64,000 nucleotides of DNA. Source: Octopus vulgaris. Its lineage: Eukaryota. The translations under genes and the position numbers were made by a program. The stretch lies in the NCBI GenBank assembly GCA_951406725.2, contig OX597837.1, forward strand, positions 1 through 64,000. The letters are read 5' to 3'. This document shows positions 1 through 12,560 of the stretch, one piece after another; the stretch's first letter is position 1, and every line of letters starts with the position of its first letter. Below the pieces are notes generated by a model, which was not told where the DNA came from, did not search any database, and saw nothing but the letters and a program-made list of their open reading frames with translations.

Positions 1-135
1 GTATTTCGTGTTGAACTTGACAAAAGTTTTGCATATTTATATTGTTCCGTTTACAGATTGTATTCGCAATTTGTCCGTTTCGTATCTTTCCCTGATTGTC
101 ACAATTACAGTTATGAAATGAAAACTACAATTAAA

Positions 136-238
136 ATAATTATAATTATAATTATCAATAATTGTGATTACAATTATCAATAATGGTGATTATAATTATC
201 AATAATTGTGATTATAATTATCAATAATTTTGATTACA
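136..238. repeat. 21-bp tandem minisatellite (AATTATCAATAATTGTGATTA-like)
   Basis: About 4-5 near-identical units read directly. Confidence 0.85.
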
Positions 239-477
239 AATGTGAATCTATGTGGACACAACCTATAGGTTTTGAACATGTCCGTAAATACTCTTACAAA
301 TTTTCGAAAAACTAATTTGCAAAGAAAAGAAAAAGATATGTGTACAGTTGGCTGTGCAGTCAAGAAGTTGCAAACTGTAGTTTTGGGGTTCAGTCACACT
401 GCATGTTGGCCAGGTGTCTTCTGGTACATCCCGAGGCCGAATATTGTCTTACGAATGAATGCCCGTCGTATACATGC

Positions 478-567
<90 letters not shown>

Positions 568-863
568 GCATGCATAACACATACATACATATTTAAAAAA
601 TGTATGTATGTGTATATATGTATGTGTTCGTTATTAGGAATAGTTCCAAAGAGAAACCTGAATATCAAACTTAACGAGGATATACTGTAAGAAAGACACA
701 GTCCTGTGATATTGGTCTTGAAGAAGCCTCTCTTATTGAAGTAAAGTGTTAAACAGCACAAAAGTAGAGGAAAAGAGTGGCACAATTTGTCTGCGACATA
801 TACTTCTGCACTGTTTAGCACTATACGCCTCAAGAGAAATACCATTGTTTTGTGGTTTTCTTG

Positions 864-937
<74 letters not shown>

Positions 938-939
<2 letters not shown>

Positions 940-1112
940 TGCAGGCGTTGGTGAGTAGGCGCAGACTTGGCTGGGCAGGCGCAGCTGTGTGGTAACCAAC
1001 CTCATAGTTCGGGATTCAGTACCACTGACTGGCACTTTGGGCGAGTGTCTTCTACTAAAGTCTCGAGCCAATCAAATCTTTGTGAGTATACGGAAACTAA
1101 AAGAAGCCCGTT
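938..1112 (+). mobile_element. tRNA-derived SINE family A, 5' half
   Basis: GCTGTGTGGTAA...GGATTCAGTACCACTG head (A/B-box-like), ends GAAGCCCGTTGTATATA like the other copies. Confidence 0.7.
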
Positions 1113-1144
1113 GTATATATATATATATGTGTGTGTATGTATGT

Positions 1145-1545
1145 ATTACTCATTTGTTTCAGTCATTTGACTGCAGCCAATCTGGAGTACCACTTGTAGT
1201 CGATCTAATCAACCTCAGGACTTATTCTTTGTAAGCTTAGTACTTATTCTATCGGTCTCTTTTGCTGAACCGTTAAGTTAGAGGGACGTAAACATACCAA
1301 CATCGGTTGTCAAGCGATGGTGGGGCGATAAACACAGACGCACAAATACATGCAAATATATATATATATATATATATATACGACGGGCTTCCTTCAGTTT
1401 CCGTCTACCAAATCCACTCACCAGGCTTTGGTGAACCTGAGGCTGTCATAGAAGACACTTGCCCAAGATGCCATGTAGTGGGACTGAACTAGGAATCATG
1501 TCGTTGGGAAGCAAGCTTCTTACCACACAGCCACTCCCGCACCTG
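1145..1545 (-). mobile_element. SINE family A, full copy with central (TA)n
   Basis: Reverse complement matches the copies at 2719-3080 and 21547-21760 (head, TAAGTACTAGGCTTACAAAGAATAAGTCC core, CAGTCAAATGACTGAAAC tail). Confidence 0.85.
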
Positions 1546-1569
1546 TATATTATATATGTATATTATATA

Positions 1570-2469
1570 CTAGAGTACTCATGACCTGACCTGTTGGGTC
1601 GTCGGGAAACTCTGAGTTTCGCATCAACGCAGTTTTGTTTCGTGGATTTTTTCCAGGTTATTTCCCATGCTTTCAACGAATGTGACATTAAAATCTCGCG
1701 TTAACGGCTCTTTTTCCTTGCAAGCCTTGCTACCACGTAACAAATATTTTCGGTCCTTTATCACAAATAGCTGTTACATGGTAGCAAGCTGTGCTAGAAA
1801 TAGCAGCCAAATCTTTGGCGGTGAGACACGTTGAATACACTCGAAAAAATCCCATGGAAAACCTATTTCACATTGATGTTATGAACGGATTTTTTTTTAC
1901 GAAATATTTACCGTATTTTTAAAGTCATTTTCACTTTAGAATATTTTTTAGATATTATCCACAAAATTTTTGTAATGGCATTTTTGTAATCATTAAAAAA
2001 AATCAAAATATTGTCTCTTTAAAGAAAGCTAAAATATAAATACTTACTGTACAAACAGCTTATATTTTCTAGTGAATGTGATTTCAAAAATGTTTCGAAT
2101 GATTAAAATACTGTGTTTAACAAAAGCAAAAATAGAAACATTTATTTTAAAGAAACAAAAAAAAAAAAAAATCATATTTTTCCGCTGTGAACTAATTGTG
2201 CCTAATAGAAAGATAAGAGTTTCTTCCCTTTGAGGACGAAGATTATTTTCGGAACATTTTCCCATTATGCATCGTTTTGGATATTTATACCCCCCAAACC
2301 TCTAATATCTCGAAAACCACTTTACCGATTTACGCGAATCTTAGTCCATTCCGTTCGTATTAACATTTCAGGGTAAACTTAATTCATAGTATTTTCCTAT
2401 CATATGCCAGTTTGGCCGAGTAACAGTGCAAGCAAGCAAGATTCAATCCGACTTTTAATAGTATATAGA
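1570..2469 (-). mobile_element. Non-autonomous Helitron
   Basis: Minus strand starts A|TCTATATACTATTAAAA and ends with an imperfect GC hairpin then CTAG|T; A/T insertion site, no TSD. Confidence 0.7.
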
Positions 2470-2479
2470 TATGTTTATG

Positions 2480-3080
2480 TGTGTGCGTCTTTGTGTCTGT
2501 GTTTGTTCCCCACCACCACTTAACAAACAGTGTTGGCGTGTTTACATCCCCGTAAATTAGCGGCTCGGCGAAAAGAGAGATTGAATAAGTACTAGGCTTT
2601 AAAAAAATAAGTCCTAGGGTCGATCTATTCGACTAAAACTGCTTCAAAGTGGTGCTCCAGTATGGCCGCAGGCAAATGAGTGAAACAAGTAAAAGATAAA
2701 AGATATGAAACGTATACATGGGTGACTGTGTGGCAAGTAGCTTGCTTATCAACCGCATTGTTCTGGGTTCAGTTCCACTGCGTTGCATCATGGGCAAAAG
2801 TCTTCTACTATAGACTCGGGCCGACCAAAGCCTTGTGAGTGCATTTGGTAGACGGTAACTGAAAGGAGCCCATATATGTTTGTGTGTGTTTGTCCCCTCA
2901 ATATTGCTTGACAATCGATGCTTGTGTGTTTACGTTCCCGTAACTTAGCGGTTCGCCAAAATAGAATAAGTACTAGGCTTACAAAGAATAATTCTTGGCG
3001 GCGATACGCTCGACTAAAGGCGTTGTTCCAGCATGGCCGCAGTCAAATGACTGAAACAAGTAAAAGAAAAGAATAAAAGA
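2480..3080 (+). mobile_element. Two tandem SINE family A copies (3' half plus full copy)
   Basis: Shared core and tails ending GAAACAAGTAAAAGA at about 2695 and 3066. Confidence 0.85.
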
Positions 3081-4241
3081 ATGTGTGTGCGTGTGTGTGT
3101 AGAATGACGAGATGATCAAAGCTGCAATATTTTAAGTATCGTTCAGCCGTTCACGACAGACCTGGGGCTAAATAACAACGAGAATTATGGCTGGTATTAG
3201 ATTACGTCAGACATTTACTTCGGAGAACTTCGGAAAATTTCGGAAAGTTTCTGATATTATTTTAGTTGGTATCTGATGCTGGTAAGGAGCTAAAATAAAC
3301 TACACCGCAAGATATTAATTTAATATGATTAGAAAAGATAATAAAGAAAAAAAAGGCGTCAATTGGAAGAGAGGGACGACGACAACAACAGCAACAACAA
3401 CACCGAAACAATAAAAGATGTAAAAAAGCAGAAAGCCCTGAAAGAATATAGTCAGAAATATGGTGATATCAGAATCAACGTGACAACTATATGAAGAAGG
3501 TGATTATAAAGAAAGGAGAATTCACTTGTTATTAAAACTTTAAAACTACAAAGAAACTAATGAATGTGTGTGTGTGAGTAAAATATATATTGTATTATCT
3601 ATACATTATATACACACGCATACAAGATATATATGTATATATATATACACACAATGTCTATATGTATGTATATATACGTATATATATATATACATATATA
3701 TACACATACATAATGTCTATATGTATGTATATATACGTATATATATATATATGTATATATACATACATACATTTATATATATTTATATATATTACACACA
3801 CACACACACACATACACACATGCATACTTGTCTATATGTTTGTGGCGCCGAAAACGCTGAAAGTCTCATTATTGAAAAATATTGAAGATCTCAATCTCGA
3901 CCATTTCTGATGCTATCTTTTGCACCAGTTTTTCCTGTTGTCTCTATAGTGTTCTTATCAGTATTGGTACGACATTAGTAGTAATTATAATAATAAGAAC
4001 AGTGGTTGTAATACAAGATATCGTTGGAGTTACTTTATCAAAGATAAAGCAAAACGAAACGAAATAGGGAAAGACGTTTTTTTTTTAACTTTGCATTTGT
4101 CTTTTTATCTTACCATTTTTTTTAGTGTTTTGGGAACAAAGTTTTCTCTTGGAACGACATATTTTTTCTCGTATCAAAGTGGCTTCGTTAGACGTTCTCA
4201 CGACTTTCGATCGCCACCAGCCTGTGTGAATGTTTGATATG

Positions 4242-4315
<74 letters not shown>

Positions 4316-4421
4316 TGTGTATATATATATACACACACACATACATATTTATGTATATGCATACACATTTATATATACGTACATATACATATGTTCATAC
4401 CCATGTGTGTATATGTATATA

Positions 4422-4464
<43 letters not shown>

Positions 4465-4473
4465 CATACATAT

Positions 4474-4532
<59 letters not shown>

Positions 4533-5607
4533 TAGAGTTGTCGGCGAAAAAATCCAATTATACTGACAGGCATCTGGATAGACTGATATATGTCAAAATA
4601 AATAGACAAAGGTATATAATCTATTGATAGATTTATAGAATAATCTTATATCTTTACTTATACACAAACATAATGTGTGTATATATACATATATATATAT
4701 ATTCATATATCCGTGAGTGTATATGCATACATACGTGCATACACACATACACAAACATGCATATACATGTACACAGGCACACACACGCATATATACATAC
4801 ATATACACATGTACATAAAGGCGGACTCGTGGCAGGAGCGAATTTGTTAAGACAAAATGAAGGTGCTTGGTTTGTTATTTCCAACTTCTTTTGCAAAACT
4901 GTTTCGTCTTTAAAACTCATTGTCTGGCAGATCCGATATTTCTATTGTCTCTGGTCTGGTAATTGTGGGAAATGTGAGTAAGAATTATTGTGCTATGTTC
5001 TCCAAGAGTTCAAATTCAGCTGCACCTTGATCCTCAGAGTTCGGTATCCAACATATTGCTGTAATGATAACGAGTATAAAGCTACAATCATATTTCGGGT
5101 ATTGGGTGCCTTTGTCTATGATACATGGACGTCATTCCACCCGGATGTGTATTGCTATGTGAATGACAAGCAAAGAAACAGAATTTCTATATCACCACTG
5201 CAATTGCTTGAAATAGCAACCAAATCGCTTAAAAACACATCTAAACATCTTAGAATAAGAAGGAAGAACAAATAATGTAATGCAGACTGGGGTTCAACAA
5301 AATCCCTGCAAATACGATGATAAGGGTTCTGGTCAGGGTTGATACATTTTTCATCGTAAATCCACCGGATCAGGACTGACCTAGGGCTAAAGAAAATCAA
5401 CAACTTTGTGGATTCTTTAGAGCTTTCCTCATAGAAAACATCAAAAGTCTTCAATACTGTTATTGACCGAGCATTCACAATAACTGTTGGGTTTCCTTAT
5501 TCTACCGGTCTTTTTTGTCGAACCGCTAAGTTACGCGGACATAAACACACCAACATCGGTAGCCAAGTGGTGGTGATGACGGATAGACATATATGTACAT
5601 ACACATA

Positions 5608-5691
<84 letters not shown>

Positions 5692-5775
5692 TTTGATTTT
5701 GATTTTTCCAGTTTCAGCTTATGAGCTGTGGCCATGCTGGGGCACCGCCATTTGGTGTTGCTACTTGCTTTCACT

Positions 5776-8700
5776 TCATGAAGGCTTTCTAGCAGCTGCT
5801 ATTTGGTGCATGAGAGAGTTCGATGCAGCTGCCCTCATCTGCCCCTCCTGCCGTGAAGTTGGTTCATCTGGGACACCTGACAGGAAGAGATCCAGCTTCA
5901 TTTTAAAGACATCTGTATCCACCCCATGCAGGTCTCTCAGGTTCTTCGGGAGGATATTGAAGAGCTGTGGGCCTCGGAAGCCCAGGCTATCACAGAATCT
6001 TGTCCTACATCTTGATGGCAAGTTTGGAGTCCTAGGCACCACGCAGTGGCGCCCAGTTCTGGCATTTGCGTAACTCTCGATGCCAAAGTTCAGGACACTT
6101 CCCTCCAGGATCTTCCAGATGTATATTATGGCATATCTTTCCCGCCTACGCTCCAGGGAATATAATTTTAATTTCCTGAGTCTTTCCCAGTAGCTTACAT
6201 TCTGCATAGAGGCTATCTTCTTCGTGTAGCTACGTTGGATCGCCTCGAGCTCTGTGATCAACTTGACACTGGATGGTGACCATAACTGAGAGCAGTAGTC
6301 AAAGTGGCTTAGGACAAGTGTCCTCCAGAGGACCATCATGGTTTCTTGTTCTCTTGTTCTAAAGGTTCTGAGGATCCATCCGGCCAGTCGTCTACATTTC
6401 ATTGCCAATTTAGCAACATGTACACGAAAGGTCGCGTCATCACTCATGTAAATACCTAGGTCACGCACTGATTGTGCCTCTGGGATTGCTATTCCTCCGG
6501 GTCCAGTGTATTCATTGGGTATTGCATTTAGTTTTGCATGCTGATAGTATAGAGCTTGAAACTTTTCAGCATTGAACTGCATGCTATTCTTTTCGGCCCA
6601 CTTGTATATTTTGTCTAGCTCACATTGCAGGTGTTTAGTGTCCTCAGGGTTCTGTATTGCCTGTGAAACTTTTGTATCATCTGCATAACTTGTGATCGTG
6701 GCTCTCTGCGTGGCTGAGGGCATGTCTGAGAGGGCCATTATGAACAGTAGTGGTCCCAGAACAGTGCCCTGCGGAACACCGCTCACTATTTGCGTGTTAA
6801 TGGAAGTGGCCCCATTGGCCACTACCACCTGACTTCTATCTTTCAGAAAGTCATGAAGCCATTCTCCCAGTTTTCCAACTATGTTGAGATCACGCAGTTT
6901 GTGACATATCATTCCATGATCGACTTTATCAAAGGCCTTTGCAAAGTCGAGATATATCACTTCCACATTTGAGTGGTTGAGCAGCCGTTTCAGCACCCAG
7001 TCATAGTGTTGTAGGAGCTGAGTTAAACAGCTTCTCCCTGGTCGGAAACCATGTTGGGTGTCGGGCAGCAAGTCATTTTCTTCAAGGAAGGTGATCAGCT
7101 TCCTTCTGACTATTCGTTCCATGACCTTGCTGATGTGTGAGGTCAGAGAGATAGGTCTATAGTTCTTGGCTTCCGCTCTGCTACCTCCTTTATGAATGGG
7201 GCATATTTTACCTTCCTTCAGTTTTCTTGGAAGTTTGCCAGCTGCAAGGAAGCTCTGAAAGAGGAACTGCAGTGGTCTTGCTAGGACTCTCTTACATGCT
7301 TTTAGGAGGATTGCCGGGAATCCATCGGGGCCAGTAGCTGAGTCTGTTTTCATTTCATCTATAGCCTTGATTACATCGTCTTCCTTTATATCGATGTAAT
7401 CTATCGTCGCCGCCTCTGATTTTATATCTGCAGTGGTAAAAAAGTCAGTTGGATTGGTGATTTGGAGATGCCCAAGGGGTGGAGTGAAAACACTCTTGAA
7501 TTGCTCATTCAGTATTTCACTTACCCTCATTGGTTTTCCTGTAAGTGTGCCATCCTTTTCGAGGAGTGGCCCTATTCTACAGTGCACCGTAGCTGTTTCT
7601 TTGGCATACCTGTAGAAAGCTCTGGGGTTAGATTTTATGTTGTCTATAGCCCAGGCTTCTTTGTCTGCTCTTTCCTTTTCATGGGAGAGTTTCAGACATT
7701 TTTCGATTTCCAACAGTTTTATTTTTAGGCGGGACTTTTCACTGCTTTCAATCTGTTTGTTTAGGCGATTTGAAAATTTTGTACGCCGTCTCATTAGAAT
7801 TTTCCTCTCTCTGGGGATTTTGTTCTTGTGTACAGTGGCCTTTCTCTCTGGGACATATTTGTAGCATATGGCTTGCATTACAGACATGAATTGTTGAAGT
7901 TTCACGTCGATGTCTGGCGAGGAGAGACATTTAGGCCAGTTTTGTTTGAGGATCTCTTTCTCAATTTGTTTCCAGTTTGCCTTATGGTAGTTCAAGCTGG
8001 AAAGATTCTGGGGTTTCTTGTAGGCTGCATGTCCGTGCTCTCTTTTGGCCCGTACATGGTCAGCTCTATCATGTTGTGATCCGAGAGTAGTGTCGGTGTC
8101 ACTTTCACATTATGGATGAGATCCATGTCATTTGTGAAGCAGAGATCCAGTGTGTTACCTGCCCTGGTTGGTTGGAGTATTACCTGCTCCATGTACAGGG
8201 TGTTGATGAGGTTCAGGAGGGACCTCGCCTGTCCTCGTTCACATCTTGTCATTCCTGGGAGAGAAAGGCCCTCGGGCCATCTGACATTTGGCAGATTGAA
8301 GTCTCCCATAAGAAGTACACTTATGTGTTGTTCTAATGTGGTTAGAACTTCTTCTATTTTTATAAGGCAGTCTTCAAACTTGCCCACATGGCTTGGGGCA
8401 TCTGGAGGGCGGTATGTAGCACACACAACTACATCAAGTTGCCTAATATGTACAATTAGTGTGTCACACACCGAGTTTGAGTATGACAAGAGGACCTGGG
8501 GTGTGAGGTCCTCACGGATGTACATAGCAACACCTCCATGACTCCTTTCTTTCCTGTCGGTCCGTAGTACAGCATACTGTGGTATGTGTAACTCCGCATC
8601 TGCTATATCCGGTTTCAGGTGCGTTTCCGTTAGTGCTATGCATAAGGCTTGATTGCATGCAACAAAATCTCTCAGGAACGGGATTTTTGTCCTGTTACTG

Positions 8701-8888
8701 AGTGTTTGCAGTCCTCTGATGTTCAGTAGGAGCATCGAGGTGAGGTGTACGTTGTTGCCGGTGGTGTCCATCCTGGGTCTGTTTGCTGTGGTGGTGGTCT
8801 GGTATATAGTGGGTAGTCCCACCTGCGGGCTTGGGTTTGATGAAGCCAGGTCAGCTGCTGTACAATCTTTTGTGCCATGCACAAAAAA
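5776..8888 (-). pseudogene. LINE1 ORF2: APE endonuclease plus reverse transcriptase (one frameshift near 8000-8020)
   Basis: APE motifs LLNIRGL, ALTETHL, YRPP, MGDFNLP, TLDLCF, SDH; RT motifs YRPISLTS, QHGFR, YLDFAKAFD, GVPQGTVLGP, YADD; CR1-type C-terminus LYSLERRRER. Confidence 0.95.
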
Positions 8889-9728
8889 GATTGTTGCTCA
8901 GCAGCTGCCCTTTCGACAACATCATGTTGGTGGTTTGTGGCACGCACAACATCTGCGTACCTCCGCTTTGGGGCAAGTGGTGCGTGGTCCATCTCTTTTC
9001 CTTGTGTTGATGGTTTGTCCATCTGCCTCGTGTCTCTGTGGCAGGGTCCCCGATGTGCAAAGCGGCAGCCTGCACCTTCCTTTCCATGCCAGCAGGAACC
9101 TCTCAGGTAGAACCTACACACCCGTGTGCGCTGTCCGTTTCCATCTTTTGCGGTTCCACTTCTATTCCTGGTTTTTTCACCCTTTGGTCCTGCTTGAGCT
9201 TTTCCTTTAGCTCTACCAGCCCTTCTTTTAGTTCTTCCTCCTCCTCTACCTCTTCACCGGGTTCTCCGTCTCCATGGCCTTTGCTGCCGGTTGGAGAACT
9301 TGCACCTGGGTTCACTTCCCGGGCAGGTTTCTCATTCAAAACCTCCTCCCGGGCATCCACCAGGTGGGGGTGACTTCTTTCATCGTCTCCATTCTTGTCA
9401 TCTTTGCCTCGCTCGTTCTCAAAGATGGCATCAAGTGCGCCAATGTGCGACCGTACAAGCGCATATGAGCGCACGAATTCCCGTCTCCATTCTTGTCATC
9501 TTTGCCTCGCTCGTTCTCAAAGATGACATCAAGTGCGCCAATGTGCGACCGTACAAGCGCATATGAGCGCACGAATTCCCGTCTCTTTCGCTCCATCTGA
9601 GCCGCTGTCCTCTTGTAGCCTCTGCTCTTCAGCGCAGCCGCAATCACCTCGCTAGGGCTATCTCCGCCGGCGCACTCCCATGCTTGTACGAATAAATCCA
9701 GCTCGTCAGGTCTCCATGCTCTGGACAT
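8723..9728 (-). pseudogene. LINE1 ORF1: trihelix Myb/SANT-like domain, acidic linker, CCCH zinc finger (disrupted by a 98-nt duplication and one frameshift)
   Basis: MSRAWRPDELDLFVQAW...IAAALKSRGYKRTAAQMERKRREF; CRFYLRGSCWHGKEGAGCRFAH. Confidence 0.8.
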
Positions 9729-9779
9729 GCTGGATGATCTGTCTATTTGTTTATCTATTTAACTATGTTCGAGAGAAGA

Positions 9780-10460
9780 CAAGAAGATATTTAATCTTAA
9801 GGCTAATTATGGGATAGAGTATTATTAATATTAACAATATTAAAGTTTTTGGGTAAAAACGTTATTTAATCTTAGGCTAATTAGGAGATAGAGTATCTGA
9901 AAATATGTTAACAATATTACAATTATATTAAAGTGTGGGTAATAATCGTTATTTAATCTTGGGGCTAATTAGAAGGTAGAGTATTCAAAAATATATTAAA
10001 GTGTGGGTGAAAAAGTTAAAGTGTGGGTAAAAACGTTATTTAATCTTAAGGCTAATTAGAGGATAGAGTATCTGAAAATATGTTAACAATATTACAATTA
10101 TATTAAAGTGTGGGTAATAATCGTTATTTAATCTTGAGGCTAATTAAAGGTAGAGTATTCAAAAATATATTAAAGTGTGGGTGAAAAAGTTAAAGTGTGG
10201 GTAAAAACGTTATTTAATCTTAAGGCTAATTAGATAGATTATCTGAAAATATATTAACAAATATTTAAAATGTGGGTAAAAAGGCTAATTAGAAAGATAT
10301 TAGAGTGTGGGTAAAAAATTAGATGTTAAAGTGTGGGTAATAAACGTTGTTTATTCTTAAGGCTAATTAGAAGATAGAGTATCTGAAAAATTATTAACAA
10401 TAAACAGTATTAAACGTTATTTAATCTTAAGGCTAATTAGAAGATGGAGTATCTGAAAGA
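9780..10460 (-). repeat. Tandem monomer array in the LINE1 5'UTR
   Basis: Repeated AAAGTGTGGGTAA / CGTTATTTAATCTTAAGGCTAATTAGA..ATAGAGTATCTGAAAA modules with a ~179-bp higher-order duplication. Confidence 0.9.
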
Positions 10461-10510
10461 GGTAAGAAAGAGGGGAAAGATTAGTTATCTATATAAAGTT
10501 CGTGAAAGTT

Positions 10511-10517
10511 CACGTCC
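10511..10517 (-). promoter_or_regulatory. Candidate DPE-like internal promoter motif GGACGTG at the LINE1 5' end
   Basis: Motif sits at the element/microsatellite boundary; similar motifs are known in jockey-group internal promoters. Confidence 0.35.
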
Positions 10518-10885
10518 ATGCATATATACGCATACATATATACATACACGCACACACACATACATATACGTGCACACACATACACATATACACAGACGGG
10601 GAGAGAAGGAAGGTAGAAAAAAAAAAGAAAGAAAATGAGTGAAAATATATTAAAATATATATATATTTTAAAGTGTGAAGAAAGGGTTATTCAATTCTGA
10701 AGCCAACTTCTGCCTTCGAGACAGTTATTGAAATGTAAACAAACAAAATGGCGATCGTAAACTTTAACGGAGATGTGGGCTTAAGTTATATAAAATAGGA
10801 TAATAAACAAAATATGAAATAGAAGATGAAAGTGATACTCAATCCAACGATGTGGTCTGGATTTTTCGTGGTTATTTTCCAGGAG

Positions 10886-11644
<759 letters not shown>

Positions 11645-11677
11645 GGAGACCAAATGTGTACGTACGCCGCTATATGT

Positions 11678-12400
11678 ATATATAAAAGATCAAAACAAAA
11701 AATAGATCAAGAATGTAACAGGTGACAATAAAACATTCGGATAGTAGGTGATACAAAAAAGGACAGGAAATGGGAAGGATGGGTTATTATGAGCTTTCAC
11801 TCTCCCTCCTCATTTACTTCACCCTGTCCCTTTCCTTTGTTCTCTCTTTCTCGTCTCTTCCTAATTTTTCAATCCCTCTATCCACTACCTCTCTCCTCTC
11901 CTTCTACGTGACCGGTGTTCGGCGAAGCCTGACCTTTCTTTCTTGGTTCGATTACCATCCGTACTGCATCTCTTGTATTCCTTCCCATGACATTCATCTA
12001 CTATGTTCCTGCCGTAAGGCTTCACTTACCCACACGCCAGCTGAATTTAATTCGTCCTGAGTCGAAAAACATCTGTTGTTAATGTCCTGTTGTTTATATT
12101 TGTAACTGTGTACCATTTCTCCGTTTTTTTCCCTTTCGTACTTGTTTCCGTATACATTCGCTTGCTTTCTTCCAAAGAATCTAGTGCTCTTAGCTTAGAT
12201 TTCCTTGGGGCTGGCCAGATTAGAGCAGTCTCGAGATTAACTGGCCGAAACTGCAAAGAAAATCTGCTTCTCGACCGAATATTGAAAGCTCCGAATGTCA
12301 CGTCTTTGTTTTTTCCTGTCCTTTTTTGTATCACCTACTGTCCGAATGTTTTATTGTCGCCTGTTACATTCTTGTTCCATTTTTTGTTTTGATTATATAT
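11678..12400 (+). mobile_element. Non-autonomous element with ~95-bp inverted termini (Penelope-like); related copies near 45400-45550 and 55445-55720
   Basis: 11685-11770 is the reverse complement of 12310-12395; the internal GGCTGGCCAGATT..GAGATTAA..GCCGAAA block recurs on the minus strand at 55550-55592. Confidence 0.6.
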
Positions 12401-12405
12401 ATACA

Positions 12406-12560
12406 CGACGGGCTTCTTTCAGTTTCCGTCTACCAAATCCACTCACAAAGCTTTGGTTGGCCTGAGGCTATAGTAGGAGATACTGATCCCAGGATACCGT
12501 GTGACTGAACCCAAGACCGTGTGACTGGGAAACAAAGTTCTTACCACACAGCCACACCTA
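12406..12560 (-). mobile_element. SINE family A, 5' half
   Basis: Matches the copy at 1380-1545. Confidence 0.8.

Larger units (their letters stand above)
5689..10520 (-). mobile_element. Near-full-length CR1-group LINE (element 1)
   Basis: Repeat-rich 5'UTR, ORF1, APE-RT ORF2, short 3'UTR with stem-loop and (AAAATC)n tail. Confidence 0.93.

Noticed and set aside
5155-5478. Possible host exon ORF
   Set aside because: No recognisable domain or splice support
6790-9566. Antisense ORFs over the LINEs (also within 23070-25914 and 34822-38103)
   Set aside because: Shadow frames of retrotransposon coding sequence
9780-10460. CRISPR-like repeat array
   Set aside because: The intervening sequences are themselves repeated, the context is eukaryotic and there are no cas genes
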